A stretch of 37,940 nt of DNA from an uncultured Polynucleobacter sp. (lineage in GTDB: Bacteria > Bdellovibrionota_B > Oligoflexia > Oligoflexales > RGVZ01): the NCBI GenBank assembly GCA_964624705.1, contig CAZUYQ010000035.1:1599-39538 (forward strand). Reading direction: 5' to 3'. The notes below the pieces were generated by a model. It was not told where the DNA came from. It saw nothing but the letters and a program-made list of their open reading frames with translations, and ran no database searches. Positions 16,666-25,359 of this stretch are shown here, in pieces (the first letter of the stretch is position 1; each line of letters starts with the position of its first letter). Made by a program: the position numbers and the translations under genes.

Positions 16666-18762
16666 CTATTGAGGTTGGAGCTTCTTTGCATCACGTGGGT
16701 TGATTTTGAATACCTGATATAAGCAATGCCCTTCCAGAATTAAGGCAGGAATATGTTTTCTTGGGACTTCACCTGTTGCGACTGTATTATCTAAATCTCC
16801 AAACTCAATGATCTCAGGCATAACAACCACTTCTTTAATAAAAAATTCTACGCCTGTAGTCAAAGAATCGTCGATTCGCTCCAAGAGCGAACGCGTCTTC
16901 TTTTCTAAAAAGAGATTGCCACCGTTAATGATAGAATTTAGTGTGCTTTTTGCGAGTGTCAATTTGCCACTACGCGCATAAGCGAGCGCCAAATTATAAC
17001 TGATGGCATCATAATTTTTATCTCCCGGTCCTATCGCCTGCAGAGTCGACTGATACAGTGAAATAGCTTCTTCTATCTTACCGGTTTTGGTAAGCGCGAC
17101 TCCACGGTTATTCATATCGGCGATTAAGGGTTTCAGAGAACTTAATTTTCCAAAAGCCGCTCTGGCTTTGTCAGGCTCTCCCTCTTCTATCGCAATCGAA
17201 GCCTCGGTTTTAGCTATAATGTCACTGTTTGGATCTATCTTTTTGACGCTTGCGATGATTCCCTCAGCAGCCTTAATGTTACCATCTGTTTGATAACTTA
17301 GCTTTGCGATTTCACAGGCCCTACTAATATTCATCGGCGAAATCGACTGCGCCACTTCAAACGCCTTGAGGGCCTCGCTGAACTGACCCAACTTCAAAAA
17401 TGATTTACCCAGTAATGTTAAACTCGCGGTCTTGTCGTGAGACTTTAAGATCGAGGTGTTTGCAAACTTCACGGCGGAATCGTAGTCGCCCGCGAAATAA
17501 GCCGATAGAGCTTCGATTAAGAACTTGTCGCCTTCGCGGCAATCTTCATGATTTCTAAATTTATGTATGAGTTCTTGAGCTTCTTGCGTTCTACCTTCAC
17601 TAAAATAGTAATTTATTTTCCGATAAATACTAGCGAGGTTTAAGGGAATCTTTTCCTGACCAATGCCCCAAACAAGCCTCTTTAAGAAGTCCTTACGACC
17701 AACTGGTTTTTCGATGATCAAATCGACCCCCATATCTCGCAGCAATGGTAGATCAGAGGACTTAATCTGAGAACTCACGATTCCGATGATCACGCGTTGA
17801 TGGCCCGCACCTCTAATGCGCTGGACAATTGCAGCCCCATTTATTTTAGGAGTCCGCCATTCTAATAAAATTAAATCCGGCTCCGGATTGATATTTAGCC
17901 ATCTCTCCGTTTCTTCGGTACTAGCACAAATCTTTACTTCTTTGACGCCCGAAAGTTTAAGCAGTTCCGTGATTTGACTTTGAGCCGACTCATCGGAGTC
18001 GATAACTATCGCAAGGTCGAGATGAATGGCGCGTCCCCTCGACTCCTCATCCATTGTAGAGTTTTCAATTTTTTTACTGTAACGCTTCCGCAGCCCGTAG
18101 ACGGCTTGCTTTGACTCTTCATCAAGCAAAGTCACTTGATTTAAAGTTTGCCAGCCTTTCTCAACATGACCGCATAGAAGGTATGCTTCCGCTAAAGTAA
18201 TTAAAATGCCCGTATCAACTGGCAATACTTTGTGTAGATTTTGTTCTAGCCCAAGCAAAGATTCGAAGCAATGGAGCTCAATCAATAACTTACGTAAGTA
18301 GGAAGCGGCCGTTTTAATTTCTGAGCCGTTGCTTTTCTTTAAAGTGGCAAATAGTTCGTTAAATTCAGCAACCAGAATAGCATTCTGATCGCTCAAAGGA
18401 TGCCAAGAAAACAAACCCAACTCAAATGCTACAGGTAAAATGCGTTGTTCGTCCGGTAAGATGAAAACACTTATCGTCGGCACGTGGGAATTCTGCGTCA
18501 CATCGCGAAGCAGCCCTAACATCCGCTCGCCCTCGCCGGACGCGCACGCTACAACTAGCCAATCAGCAGGCATGGACGCACATGCCGCAAGACAAGAGGC
18601 AACGTCAGACGTCTTCTGAACATTTTTAAACTCGAGTGCAGCAAGAGCAGAAGTCAGGTTGTTAACTTGGGTTATATCACCTAAGCCAAAAACCACCACT
18701 TTTGCAGTGCGTTCCGAAATAGATTTTTCAAATAGGCTTACCATCTGGTCGAAGACCCACAT
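16666..18762 (-). CDS. Dual receiver-like domain / TPR-repeat protein (atypical response regulator)
   Basis: The N-terminal CheY-like fold (KVVVFGLGD...LVVACASG) lacks canonical acidic residues. The second REC (about 17668-18018) has DSDE, LILLEWRTP (Glu301 at the phospho-acceptor position, nt 17860-17862), IVSS and IIEKP. The C-terminal half is TPR-like (e.g. YNLALAYARSGKLTLAK). Confidence 0.7.
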   Translation of the reverse strand: MWVFDQMVSLFEKSISERTAKVVVFGLGDITQVNNLTSALAALEFKNVQKTSDVASCLAACASMPADWLVVACASGEGERMLGLLRDVTQNSHVPTISVFILPDEQRILPVAFELGLFSWHPLSDQNAILVAEFNELFATLKKSNGSEIKTAASYLRKLLIELHCFESLLGLEQNLHKVLPVDTGILITLAEAYLLCGHVEKGWQTLNQVTLLDEESKQAVYGLRKRYSKKIENSTMDEESRGRAIHLDLAIVIDSDESAQSQITELLKLSGVKEVKICASTEETERWLNINPEPDLILLEWRTPKINGAAIVQRIRGAGHQRVIIGIVSSQIKSSDLPLLRDMGVDLIIEKPVGRKDFLKRLVWGIGQEKIPLNLASIYRKINYYFSEGRTQEAQELIHKFRNHEDCREGDKFLIEALSAYFAGDYDSAVKFANTSILKSHDKTASLTLLGKSFLKLGQFSEALKAFEVAQSISPMNISRACEIAKLSYQTDGNIKAAEGIIASVKKIDPNSDIIAKTEASIAIEEGEPDKARAAFGKLSSLKPLIADMNNRGVALTKTGKIEEAISLYQSTLQAIGPGDKNYDAISYNLALAYARSGKLTLAKSTLNSIINGGNLFLEKKTRSLLERIDDSLTTGVEFFIKEVVVMPEIIEFGDLDNTVATGEVPRKHIPALILEGHCLYQVFKINPRDAKKLQPQ

Positions 18763-19119
18763 TATTACGGCGTTTTCTCTTTTTCCGCATTAATGGATTC
18801 GACAGTTTACCCAATAACTTGAGCTAAAATCTCAATAATCTGTTTTTATTCGTCAATCGAATGTTTCCTTGAGAAAAATTTTATCCTGCATGAATTTCAA
18901 TATTTTTTGGAGGTAAATACCCTATATGTCCGTTCAGTAATATTAGTAGATTTCCGCTACGTAAGACTACCTTTTAAAGTATGAGGATAGATTTGAACAT
19001 TAAAGTTTAAAAGCATATCAGCGTCTTTTGCTTCAATTTTTGACATCTGCTTTTTTAGGATTGATCTCGTCTGTTCAATCCATTTTTTATATTGTCGTTC
19101 CTGAGTAGACAAAAAACTC

Positions 19120-20043
19120 CTACTCCTGAAGTGTGCGACGAATCTGTTCCCTAAACCAACTGTGAGCAGGGTCTTGGTTATTTCGTTCGTGCCATACTTG
19201 AACAATCGTAATGTTGGGAATCTTTATTGGAAGCGGTAACATATTGATGGGAAATGCTTGATTCATTTGTTTAATCAAACGAGATGGTCCGGTAAAAATA
19301 GAATCTGTTTCACGAATAATCCAGGCCGCACTCATAAATGCATTCAGTCCTGCGATAATATGACGTTTGCGTTTTTTCTGCTTCAGTAGATCATCGATTC
19401 TGCCGTGAAGCTCGCCGCCGGGCGCTACTAGTATATGTGTTTCTTCACAGAATTCATCTAGAGAAAGTTGGCTCACCCCCTTTAATCGAGGATGATCTTT
19501 GCGAACAGCACATGCAAACGAATCAGAAAAAAGTTTTTGTTGATAGAATCCATCCGGGAGATCGCCGAAGAAACCTGCAACTGCGATATCGCAAATCCCC
19601 CGCTCTAAGTCCTCCCGAGGAAGGGAAAAGGACATGGAACGACTTACCATCTGAGTGTTGGGCGATTCTGTCCGAATAGTTCGCAACAATGGCGGGAATA
19701 AAAGGCTCTCGATTAAATCTGTCGTATAAACTCTAAAAACTCGCTCCATAGTCTTAGAATTAAAATTTTCCTGTCCTAGCACGTCCTTTGTAAAGTTCGT
19801 CAACAAGTGACGGATAGGGTGCGAAAGTTGTTCGGCCCTGGGCGTTGGCACCATTCCCTTCGACGATTTCACAAATAACTGATCCTTGAATGCCAAACGC
19901 AGGCGACCCAACGCATGACTTAAGGCAGATTGGGTAATTCCTAGAACTTTGGCAGCTTTAGTTATGTGTCTTTGGTCATCAATTGCGATAAACACTGCCA
20001 ATAGATTGAGATCAAACTTCTTAATTTTATCAATATTATCCAC
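19120..20043 (-). CDS. LysR-family transcriptional regulator
   Basis: FDLNLLAVFIAIDDQRHITKAAKVLGITQSALSHALGRLR wHTH plus an effector-binding-like domain. Divergent from the SnoaL-like gene. Confidence 0.85.
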   Translation of the reverse strand: MDNIDKIKKFDLNLLAVFIAIDDQRHITKAAKVLGITQSALSHALGRLRLAFKDQLFVKSSKGMVPTPRAEQLSHPIRHLLTNFTKDVLGQENFNSKTMERVFRVYTTDLIESLLFPPLLRTIRTESPNTQMVSRSMSFSLPREDLERGICDIAVAGFFGDLPDGFYQQKLFSDSFACAVRKDHPRLKGVSQLSLDEFCEETHILVAPGGELHGRIDDLLKQKKRKRHIIAGLNAFMSAAWIIRETDSIFTGPSRLIKQMNQAFPINMLPLPIKIPNITIVQVWHERNNQDPAHSWFREQIRRTLQE

Positions 20044-20089
20044 TACTTCACCATATTATAAATTACATTCATGTATATTATATATACAA

Positions 20090-20109
20090 TGCATTGGATT
20101 GATAATGCA
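20090..20109. promoter_or_regulatory. Inverted repeat TGCATT-N8-AATGCA in the LysR/SnoaL divergent intergenic region
   Basis: Arms at 20090-20095 and 20104-20109. Candidate LTTR operator. Confidence 0.3.
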
Positions 20110-20187
20110 AGCTTTAGTAAAAAACGCGTCATGTTGGATCGTCCAGCAGAACTAAAGACAAAACAGAAAACAAAAGGAAAGAAGGAC

Positions 20188-20613
20188 ATGCTTAGAACAA
20201 CAATCAATGCTTTAGGACTTGCCTCGTTATTCGCAGTATTTGGTGGGATAGCTTCAGCCAAATCAACAACTGAGGTCTGGACTCACCACATTCATGCCTG
20301 GGAGATCAGATCCGTACATGACATCGTTTCGGATTATTCCGACGAATCCGTCTTAGTCCTCAATAACGAGGTTTTTAAAGGTCAAGATCAGATTGCCAAT
20401 GTATTTACTCGGCTCTTTAACATCTTCGATGCTGGGACAAATCGGATTGATACTCCAGTAGTTCTTGATCGGTTCGTTTACATTACATGGCATTTCACCC
20501 CCACGAACAAGCAGGAATTCTTTGGGACCGATACTTTTGTCATTGAGAATGGAAAGATTGTTCTGCAAACGATTGCCTCGCCACTCTATAAATTATTTCC
20601 AGTTCAACCATAA
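20188..20613 (+). CDS. Secreted SnoaL-like / NTF2-fold protein
   Basis: Preferred start is ATG 20188, after AAGGAAAGAAGGA. Signal peptide MLRTTINALGLASLFAVFGGIASA. The mature part (WTHHIHAW...DTFVIENGKIVLQT) looks like a SnoaL/NTF2 cone fold. Confidence 0.55.
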   Translation: MLRTTINALGLASLFAVFGGIASAKSTTEVWTHHIHAWEIRSVHDIVSDYSDESVLVLNNEVFKGQDQIANVFTRLFNIFDAGTNRIDTPVVLDRFVYITWHFTPTNKQEFFGTDTFVIENGKIVLQTIASPLYKLFPVQP

Positions 20614-20664
20614 ACCAGTGCGCTAATCTATTAATCAACTTAGACCGTTCGAGGAGTCAAAAAA

Positions 20665-21135
20665 ATGCGTAACCCAATTATGATTGTCGTCATCGCTATT
20701 GCGGGATGGGTGACATCTGCGTTCGGAGCTGGCGAAGCCATTGTTTTTAAAAATCAAGCAGATTTAAAATGGGAAAAAATGCTTCCAGATCTGGGCGAAG
20801 ACTCACCAAGATTTGCGATTCTTCGAGTCGATCCAAAGGCCAAGGCGACAACTCTTACGGTAGAGTTTCCAAAGGCAATCTACATTCCAAAACATACTCA
20901 TGAAAAAAGTGAAACCCATTTTATTTTAGGAGGTTCACATCTCTTTGAACATGATGGTAAACGCTTCGAAGTTAAGGAACATGGCTACATTTACATGCCC
21001 GGCAAGTTCGTGCATGAGGCCTGGATTCCAGCAGGATCAAAGGTCGTTATTATTCTCGAAGACGGCTGGAAAATAAACTGGCTGAAGGGCGGGCCTACTA
21101 AGATAGACGTTGGGAAAAGTCCCCCGCCTCTTTGA
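20665..21135 (+). CDS. Secreted cupin-domain protein
   Basis: Signal peptide, then IPKHTHEKSETHFILGGS....GYIYMPGKFVHEA, a cupin two-motif pattern of the form H.H...E ... H. Confidence 0.6.
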   Translation: MRNPIMIVVIAIAGWVTSAFGAGEAIVFKNQADLKWEKMLPDLGEDSPRFAILRVDPKAKATTLTVEFPKAIYIPKHTHEKSETHFILGGSHLFEHDGKRFEVKEHGYIYMPGKFVHEAWIPAGSKVVIILEDGWKINWLKGGPTKIDVGKSPPPL

Positions 21136-21216
21136 GAATTAATAAACTTTGAATTCGAAAAAAAATACTGCATTCTATAATGAGAAAAATGAATCCATAC
21201 CGCGAGAGGACCGAAT

Positions 21217-21561
21217 ATGCTTCCTTCTCTATCATGTTTGTTTGTGGGAATTCTGTTGGCCCTATCTGCAGAAACTCAGGCGAAAGTTTCGCCCGGTCAT
21301 ATTAAAGAAGAAACGGCTTCATATAAATCTGCGGCTGGAACATTTGAAATTAAAGCCGTTCTCAGAGAAGTGACGGAACCTTACACATTTCAGCATCTAA
21401 AAGTCGATTACAGTGTGAAGCAAAATGGAAAGTTTTTACACCGTAGCGATCTTACCGGTGGTTCGACTTGGGGCTGCCTTTATGGCGACGACGCCGCCTA
21501 TTTTAGCTTTAGACAAGGAACGCAAAAATCCGCCCGAGGGAGTGTACATTTAAGTACATGA
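21217..21561 (+). CDS. Small secreted hypothetical protein
   Basis: Signal peptide MLPSLSCLFVGILLALSAETQA. GAGAGGA RBS-like sequence upstream. Its 3' end overlaps the hairpin that terminates the convergent tRNA. Confidence 0.45.
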   Translation: MLPSLSCLFVGILLALSAETQAKVSPGHIKEETASYKSAAGTFEIKAVLREVTEPYTFQHLKVDYSVKQNGKFLHRSDLTGGSTWGCLYGDDAAYFSFRQGTQKSARGSVHLST

Positions 21562-21574
21562 CCGAGGGCGGATT
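21527..21574 (-). terminator. Intrinsic terminator downstream of tRNA-Ser (minus strand)
   Basis: On the minus strand: AATCCGCCC...(nested TGTAC/GTACA stem)...GGGCGGATT followed by TTTGCG. The 9-bp GC-rich outer stem lies at 21527-21535 and 21566-21574. Confidence 0.6.
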
Positions 21575-21611
21575 GAAGCGTGACGAAGTATAAAGGTAAA
21601 AGAGGCAAGTA

Positions 21612-21701
21612 TGGCGGAGAGGGAGGGATTCGAACCCTCGTTACCCGTGAAGATAAACCAGATTTCGAATCTGGCGCATTCAACCACTCTGCCACCTCTC
21701 C
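21612..21701 (-). tRNA. tRNA-Ser (anticodon CGA), long variable arm, encoded CCA
   Basis: Reverse complement reads GGAGAGG-TG-GCAGAGTGGTTGAATGC-G-CCAGA-TTCGAAA-TCTGG-(variable arm TTTATCTTCACGGGTAAC)-GAGGG-TTCGAAT-CCCTC-CCTCTCC-G-CCA. The acceptor and anticodon stems pair perfectly. Confidence 0.92.
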
Positions 21702-21717
21702 GTATTGAAGTGGAAAC

Positions 21718-22236
21718 TTACTTATCACTCTCATCGTCAACAACAGTGGTTGATTTGCTTTGACGACGCCTGCGAAAGAATTCTTTGAGAATTTCAGAAC
21801 ACTGTTCAGCAAGGACCCCAGGTTGTACCAAATAACGATGGTTAAGGCGAGCATCTTCATGCACCTGATAAAGGCTTCCGCACGCCCCTGCCTTTGGGTC
21901 CATTGCTCCAAACACAACCCTTGGTATCCGTGCCTGATAAATAGCCCCTGCACACATCAAGCAAGGCTCTAAGGTCACATACAGTGTAGTGTCACTCAAA
22001 CGCCAAGCATTGGAATTTTTTGCACCTTCTTGGATTGCCATGATTTCGGCATGATGTAACGGATCGCGGTTTGTTTCCCTTAGATTCCATCCCTCACCAA
22101 TAATTTTACCGTCCTTAACAAGGACAGCGCCTACAGGAACCTCATCTAAATCTGCCGCTTTTTTAGCCAAGACGAGCGCTCGCTGCATAAATTTTTCGTC
22201 TAAAGTTTGATCTACTGTCGACGTTGATTCTTTCAT
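21718..22236 (-). CDS. tadA: tRNA adenosine(34) deaminase
   Basis: CDA-fold Zn motifs HAEIMAI and [10 protein letters not shown]. 172 aa. Confidence 0.9.
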   Translation of the reverse strand: MKESTSTVDQTLDEKFMQRALVLAKKAADLDEVPVGAVLVKDGKIIGEGWNLRETNRDPLHHAEIMAIQEGAKNSNAWRLSDTTLYVTLEPCLMCAGAIYQARIPRVVFGAMDPKAGACGSLYQVHEDARLNHRYLVQPGVLAEQCSEILKEFFRRRRQSKSTTVVDDESDK

Positions 22237-23156
22237 GAGGACACCTCAGGTGCTAACTCTGCTTTTTTTTGGTCATGGATCGCTCCCCGAAAAAAAGGCA
22301 GCGCTACACCAGCCAGAAGAACAATCGTAGCACCTAAAAGTGATCTCGCGTTAGGGCGATCGCGAAATAAGACCACTGCAAATATCATATTGAAAACAGG
22401 AGCTGCGTAGCTTACGGCTGATGCCATCGCAGCAGGCGCCCGTTGATAAGATCTAGTCATAAAAAGTTGCGCGAGCGTTGCAGCCACCCCTGCACCAATA
22501 AGCGCTAACCATATTCTTGTATCTTGCGGCCAATGAATCGGTTGAAAAAAGAACCATAAAAGATGCAGCACTGTTGCAACAAATACAAAATAAAAAACAA
22601 TCGTAAGTGGATGATTTGTTCGTCCAGAACGCGCTACCATTGTATAAGCAATCGCCGCAAAAAAACCTGACGCCAGCGCCACAGTACGTCCCCAAAAAAG
22701 ATCCGCGCCGAAATCTGGTTGATACAACATATAAAGCCCGCAAATACTGGCTAGAATCGCAATCCAACCCCACTTCGTATTTTTTTGACCTAAAACCCAA
22801 GGACTTAAGAGCCCTACCCAAACCGCACTGCTTGAAGTAAGAAATCCAGACTCACCAATCCCGATCGCATGGATCGAATAAAAAACTGTCATAACTGACA
22901 GTGATCCGAAGAATCCTCGCAGCCACAGCGAACCACGAAAATTACCAAAAAGACCTCGTATGCCCAGCACTTTATTATCTCGGTCGTGAACAAAAAACGA
23001 CAGGATCACAACGACAATTAAATTAAAAAAAACGCGGAGAAACGACGCCATCATCGGCGATTCCCCCGCATTCCATACTTTGGTTTGATAAACCAGAGCA
23101 CCCATGATCGCAAACATTAAGCTTGCGATCAGCATGTCGACAAGCCCACGCTTCAC
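22233..23156 (-). CDS. EamA/DMT-family transporter
   Basis: About 10 TM helices arranged as two repeated halves. 4-nt overlaps with both flanking genes. Confidence 0.7.
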   Translation of the reverse strand: MKRGLVDMLIASLMFAIMGALVYQTKVWNAGESPMMASFLRVFFNLIVVVILSFFVHDRDNKVLGIRGLFGNFRGSLWLRGFFGSLSVMTVFYSIHAIGIGESGFLTSSSAVWVGLLSPWVLGQKNTKWGWIAILASICGLYMLYQPDFGADLFWGRTVALASGFFAAIAYTMVARSGRTNHPLTIVFYFVFVATVLHLLWFFFQPIHWPQDTRIWLALIGAGVAATLAQLFMTRSYQRAPAAMASAVSYAAPVFNMIFAVVLFRDRPNARSLLGATIVLLAGVALPFFRGAIHDQKKAELAPEVSS

Positions 23157-23686
23157 ATTGGCGTCTCGATGATGGTTGCTTTATCGATGGTCACAGCAAC
23201 GACCGGCCGATCTTGAGAACCTGTTTTAATTTCGCCAATAGCTTTTACAACTTTTAGGCTTTCCTCGTTTGCGGTCTTACCGAAGACGGTATACTGACGA
23301 TCCAAAAATGGCACTTTTTCTAAACATAGAAAAAACTGGCTCCCAGCAGAATCCGGGTCAGGAGTCCGCGCCATGGAAAGCACGCCCGGCTCGTGAAGTT
23401 TTGCGTTGAACTCCGCCTTGATCGTATAACCAGGACCGCCGCTTCCAGTTCCAACTGGACAGCCACCTTGGATTACAAACCCTTTGACGATCCGGTGAAA
23501 TGTCAGACCATCGTAGTAACCAATTTTTGCGAGACTTAGCATATTTGTAACATGACCAGGTGCAACGTCAGGCCACATATCGATGAGGATTTCGCCCATC
23601 GAGGTATCTAATTTAAGCTGGTATTTGTTCTTGGTGTAATCAAACGACGATGCAACAGCATCTACTTCAGCTTTGCGATTCTTCAT
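23153..23686 (-). CDS. ppiB: Cyclophilin-type peptidyl-prolyl cis-trans isomerase
   Basis: FHRIVKGFVIQGG, GTGSGGPGY, GVLSMAR, SAGSQFF. I prefer ATG 23686 (AAGGAA RBS 7 nt upstream). The track start at 23716 would add 10 aa. Confidence 0.85.
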   Translation of the reverse strand: MKNRKAEVDAVASSFDYTKNKYQLKLDTSMGEILIDMWPDVAPGHVTNMLSLAKIGYYDGLTFHRIVKGFVIQGGCPVGTGSGGPGYTIKAEFNAKLHEPGVLSMARTPDPDSAGSQFFLCLEKVPFLDRQYTVFGKTANEESLKVVKAIGEIKTGSQDRPVVAVTIDKATIIETPM

Positions 23687-23823
23687 AAAAAGTTTCCTTA
23701 ATAGTGACTTAAACATGGCCCGCTCATCGGTTTGCTAACTGCTTAAAAGAGGCAAGAAGCTACCACGGTCCCTGCTAAATAACTACTATTTGTGAAACAA
23801 ATATTTAAATGAATAAACGACTA

Positions 23824-25095
23824 TTATATGGCTTTACTGGCACTTACAGCTTTTTCCACAGCTACAATCGCCCCGACACCACCTAGATAATGGGAGGAGC
23901 CATGCACCATCCTAGCACCGGCTATCAATGACCAGTTCGGTGCCCCACTCAAACCATGGTCCAAAAGCACTGCCGTCTTTTGGTGAAGCCTCTGATCTTC
24001 TTTAGATACATTCTTCAAATGCCATCGCAAAGTATCTACGTCGCCCGCTTGTTCGAGCTCGGATTGAACTCTTTTCCACCACGAGGCAACCTCATCTTTG
24101 GCATTATAACCTGCCACTAGAAGTCGACCGTGATTAGGAATCACCGCCAGGACTGTCTCGACCACAAAGGCTAAATCCTGCTCACTCAGCCTCGGATACA
24201 TAATGATTGCAGCATGAAAGCGATTCTGCGGCAAATTTTGCAATCCAAGAAAGCTCCTTCGTACTAATCGAATCCGATTATGAAAACGTCCGCAGCGAGC
24301 TCTCACAAGTCGCAATGCTTCTGCATCATCATCCACCACTGTAACTTGTCTATGCAGACTGTCCGATAAAAGGGCTTCGACGAGTCCCTCAGCTTTGACT
24401 GCACCAACAATAAGTATTTTATCAGCATCACCAATATCCCGAATCATTGCCTGAATAAATTCTTGATGAGATCTCGACCTCATCAACAACTGTTCGGCAC
24501 CAGCAATGTAGCGTGCATGGCGACTCTGATCGTCAATTTTACTGTATAAATCTTCGAAAAATTTCACACGGTCATGCACTGAATTAATATTGAGGGCAAC
24601 GTTCCAACCGATAACCCGGCCGGTAATACGGTCTAATACAGGTGACATCAGTTTCATAAAAACCATGCGTCCGTATGCCGGTGAAATAAAAACCACACGC
24701 TCGCGGTCCGTAATCGGTAAGAGCGCTTCGCCCTGTAACTTCATTTCTCGATTTGGCAAGCGTCGGAAATTATCTATTAATTTATACCATTCACCGACGT
24801 TCATCCCACGCTTCATTCCTTCAGCCTCCCCAAAGACCATGTCGAACGCGATATTCCAATCAATGATCTTTTGGTCATTGCTCAATACAAATCCAGGGAC
24901 GCTACCTAAAAAGAACGATTGATCAGCTCGTGGATCACGATCATTCCAAAGGCGAACACCATGACCGTAATCACGACGTTCAGATTCACTTGTAGGCAAG
25001 GAACGCGAAGGTGAGAGCAGCGCCTTGTTAGCTTTAAGTGCTGATATCAGCCGCTCAAAAGGATTCGCATTTGAAAAATTAAATGTGCTTACCAT
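23824..25095 (-). CDS. Hypothetical protein: PAS-like N-terminal region plus Rossmann/methyltransferase-like C-terminal region
   Basis: VPGFVLSNDQKIIDWNIAFDMVFG is PAS-like. ILIVGAVKAEG...VTVVDDDAEAL...AAIIMYP...GRLLVAGYN has the strand order of a class-I MTase fold, but no GxGxG loop. Confidence 0.4.
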   Translation of the reverse strand: MVSTFNFSNANPFERLISALKANKALLSPSRSLPTSESERRDYGHGVRLWNDRDPRADQSFFLGSVPGFVLSNDQKIIDWNIAFDMVFGEAEGMKRGMNVGEWYKLIDNFRRLPNREMKLQGEALLPITDRERVVFISPAYGRMVFMKLMSPVLDRITGRVIGWNVALNINSVHDRVKFFEDLYSKIDDQSRHARYIAGAEQLLMRSRSHQEFIQAMIRDIGDADKILIVGAVKAEGLVEALLSDSLHRQVTVVDDDAEALRLVRARCGRFHNRIRLVRRSFLGLQNLPQNRFHAAIIMYPRLSEQDLAFVVETVLAVIPNHGRLLVAGYNAKDEVASWWKRVQSELEQAGDVDTLRWHLKNVSKEDQRLHQKTAVLLDHGLSGAPNWSLIAGARMVHGSSHYLGGVGAIVAVEKAVSASKAI

Positions 25096-25255
25096 GTCCT
25101 AGCTCCTTCGTGTGCCCATTCACCATCCACCTATAAGATAGGTAAAAATGGCTTTGGTCTGACTTATGGAGCAAGAACCGTGCTTAGCCTAAGCCTCAGC
25201 AAGTTGAGAGCGAAGAAACCTTTATAAATCAGCATGTTGACCCTTGAAAGCCAAG

Positions 25256-25271
25256 TGGCACTAGGCTTGCA
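25256..25271 (+). promoter_or_regulatory. Sigma-54 (-24/-12) promoter
   Basis: TGGCAC-TAGGC-TTGCA matches the TGGCAC-N5-TTGCW consensus exactly. It lies 88 nt upstream of ATG 25360. Confidence 0.6.
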
Positions 25272-25359
25272 CCTTGTTAGAGCAACAGAGAGCCATTAGG
25301 CACGATGTTAAGCCACGAAAAGGCTCAAGTTTATAGAACACAGGACAGGAGAAACCACT

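Noticed and set aside
16521-16694. 58-aa N-terminal extension of the ThiC-like ORF in the track (start at 16694)
   Set aside because: The extension overlaps the 3' end of the REC-TPR gene. It translates to low-complexity AT-rich sequence (NLNSFVINSSVIPAVFRLNILTLNINLMYFYLL) with no ThiC similarity. ATG 16520 has a GGGGG RBS and coincides with the start of ThiC homology.
18957-19205. 82-aa minus-strand ORF downstream of the second LysR gene
   Set aside because: Its first 86 nt overlap the 3' end of the well-supported LysR CDS in another frame. There is no RBS and no motif, so it is probably spurious.
21149-21373. 74-aa plus-strand ORF overlapping 21217..21561
   Set aside because: It overlaps in an alternative frame the ORF that has a clear signal peptide and RBS. 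It is Lys/Arg-rich and lacks any domain signature.
19120-21701. Possible genomic island integrated at tRNA-Ser (LysR, SnoaL-like, cupin and small secreted protein genes next to the tRNA)
   Set aside because: There is no integrase or recombinase. I noticed no direct repeat of the tRNA 3' end elsewhere in the window, and there is no obvious compositional break.
23787-23803. TATTTGT-gaa-ACAAATA hairpin between 23824..25095 and the cyclophilin gene
   Set aside because: A 7-bp all-A/T-rich stem with a 3-nt loop is too weak to call as a terminator or operator without comparative support.
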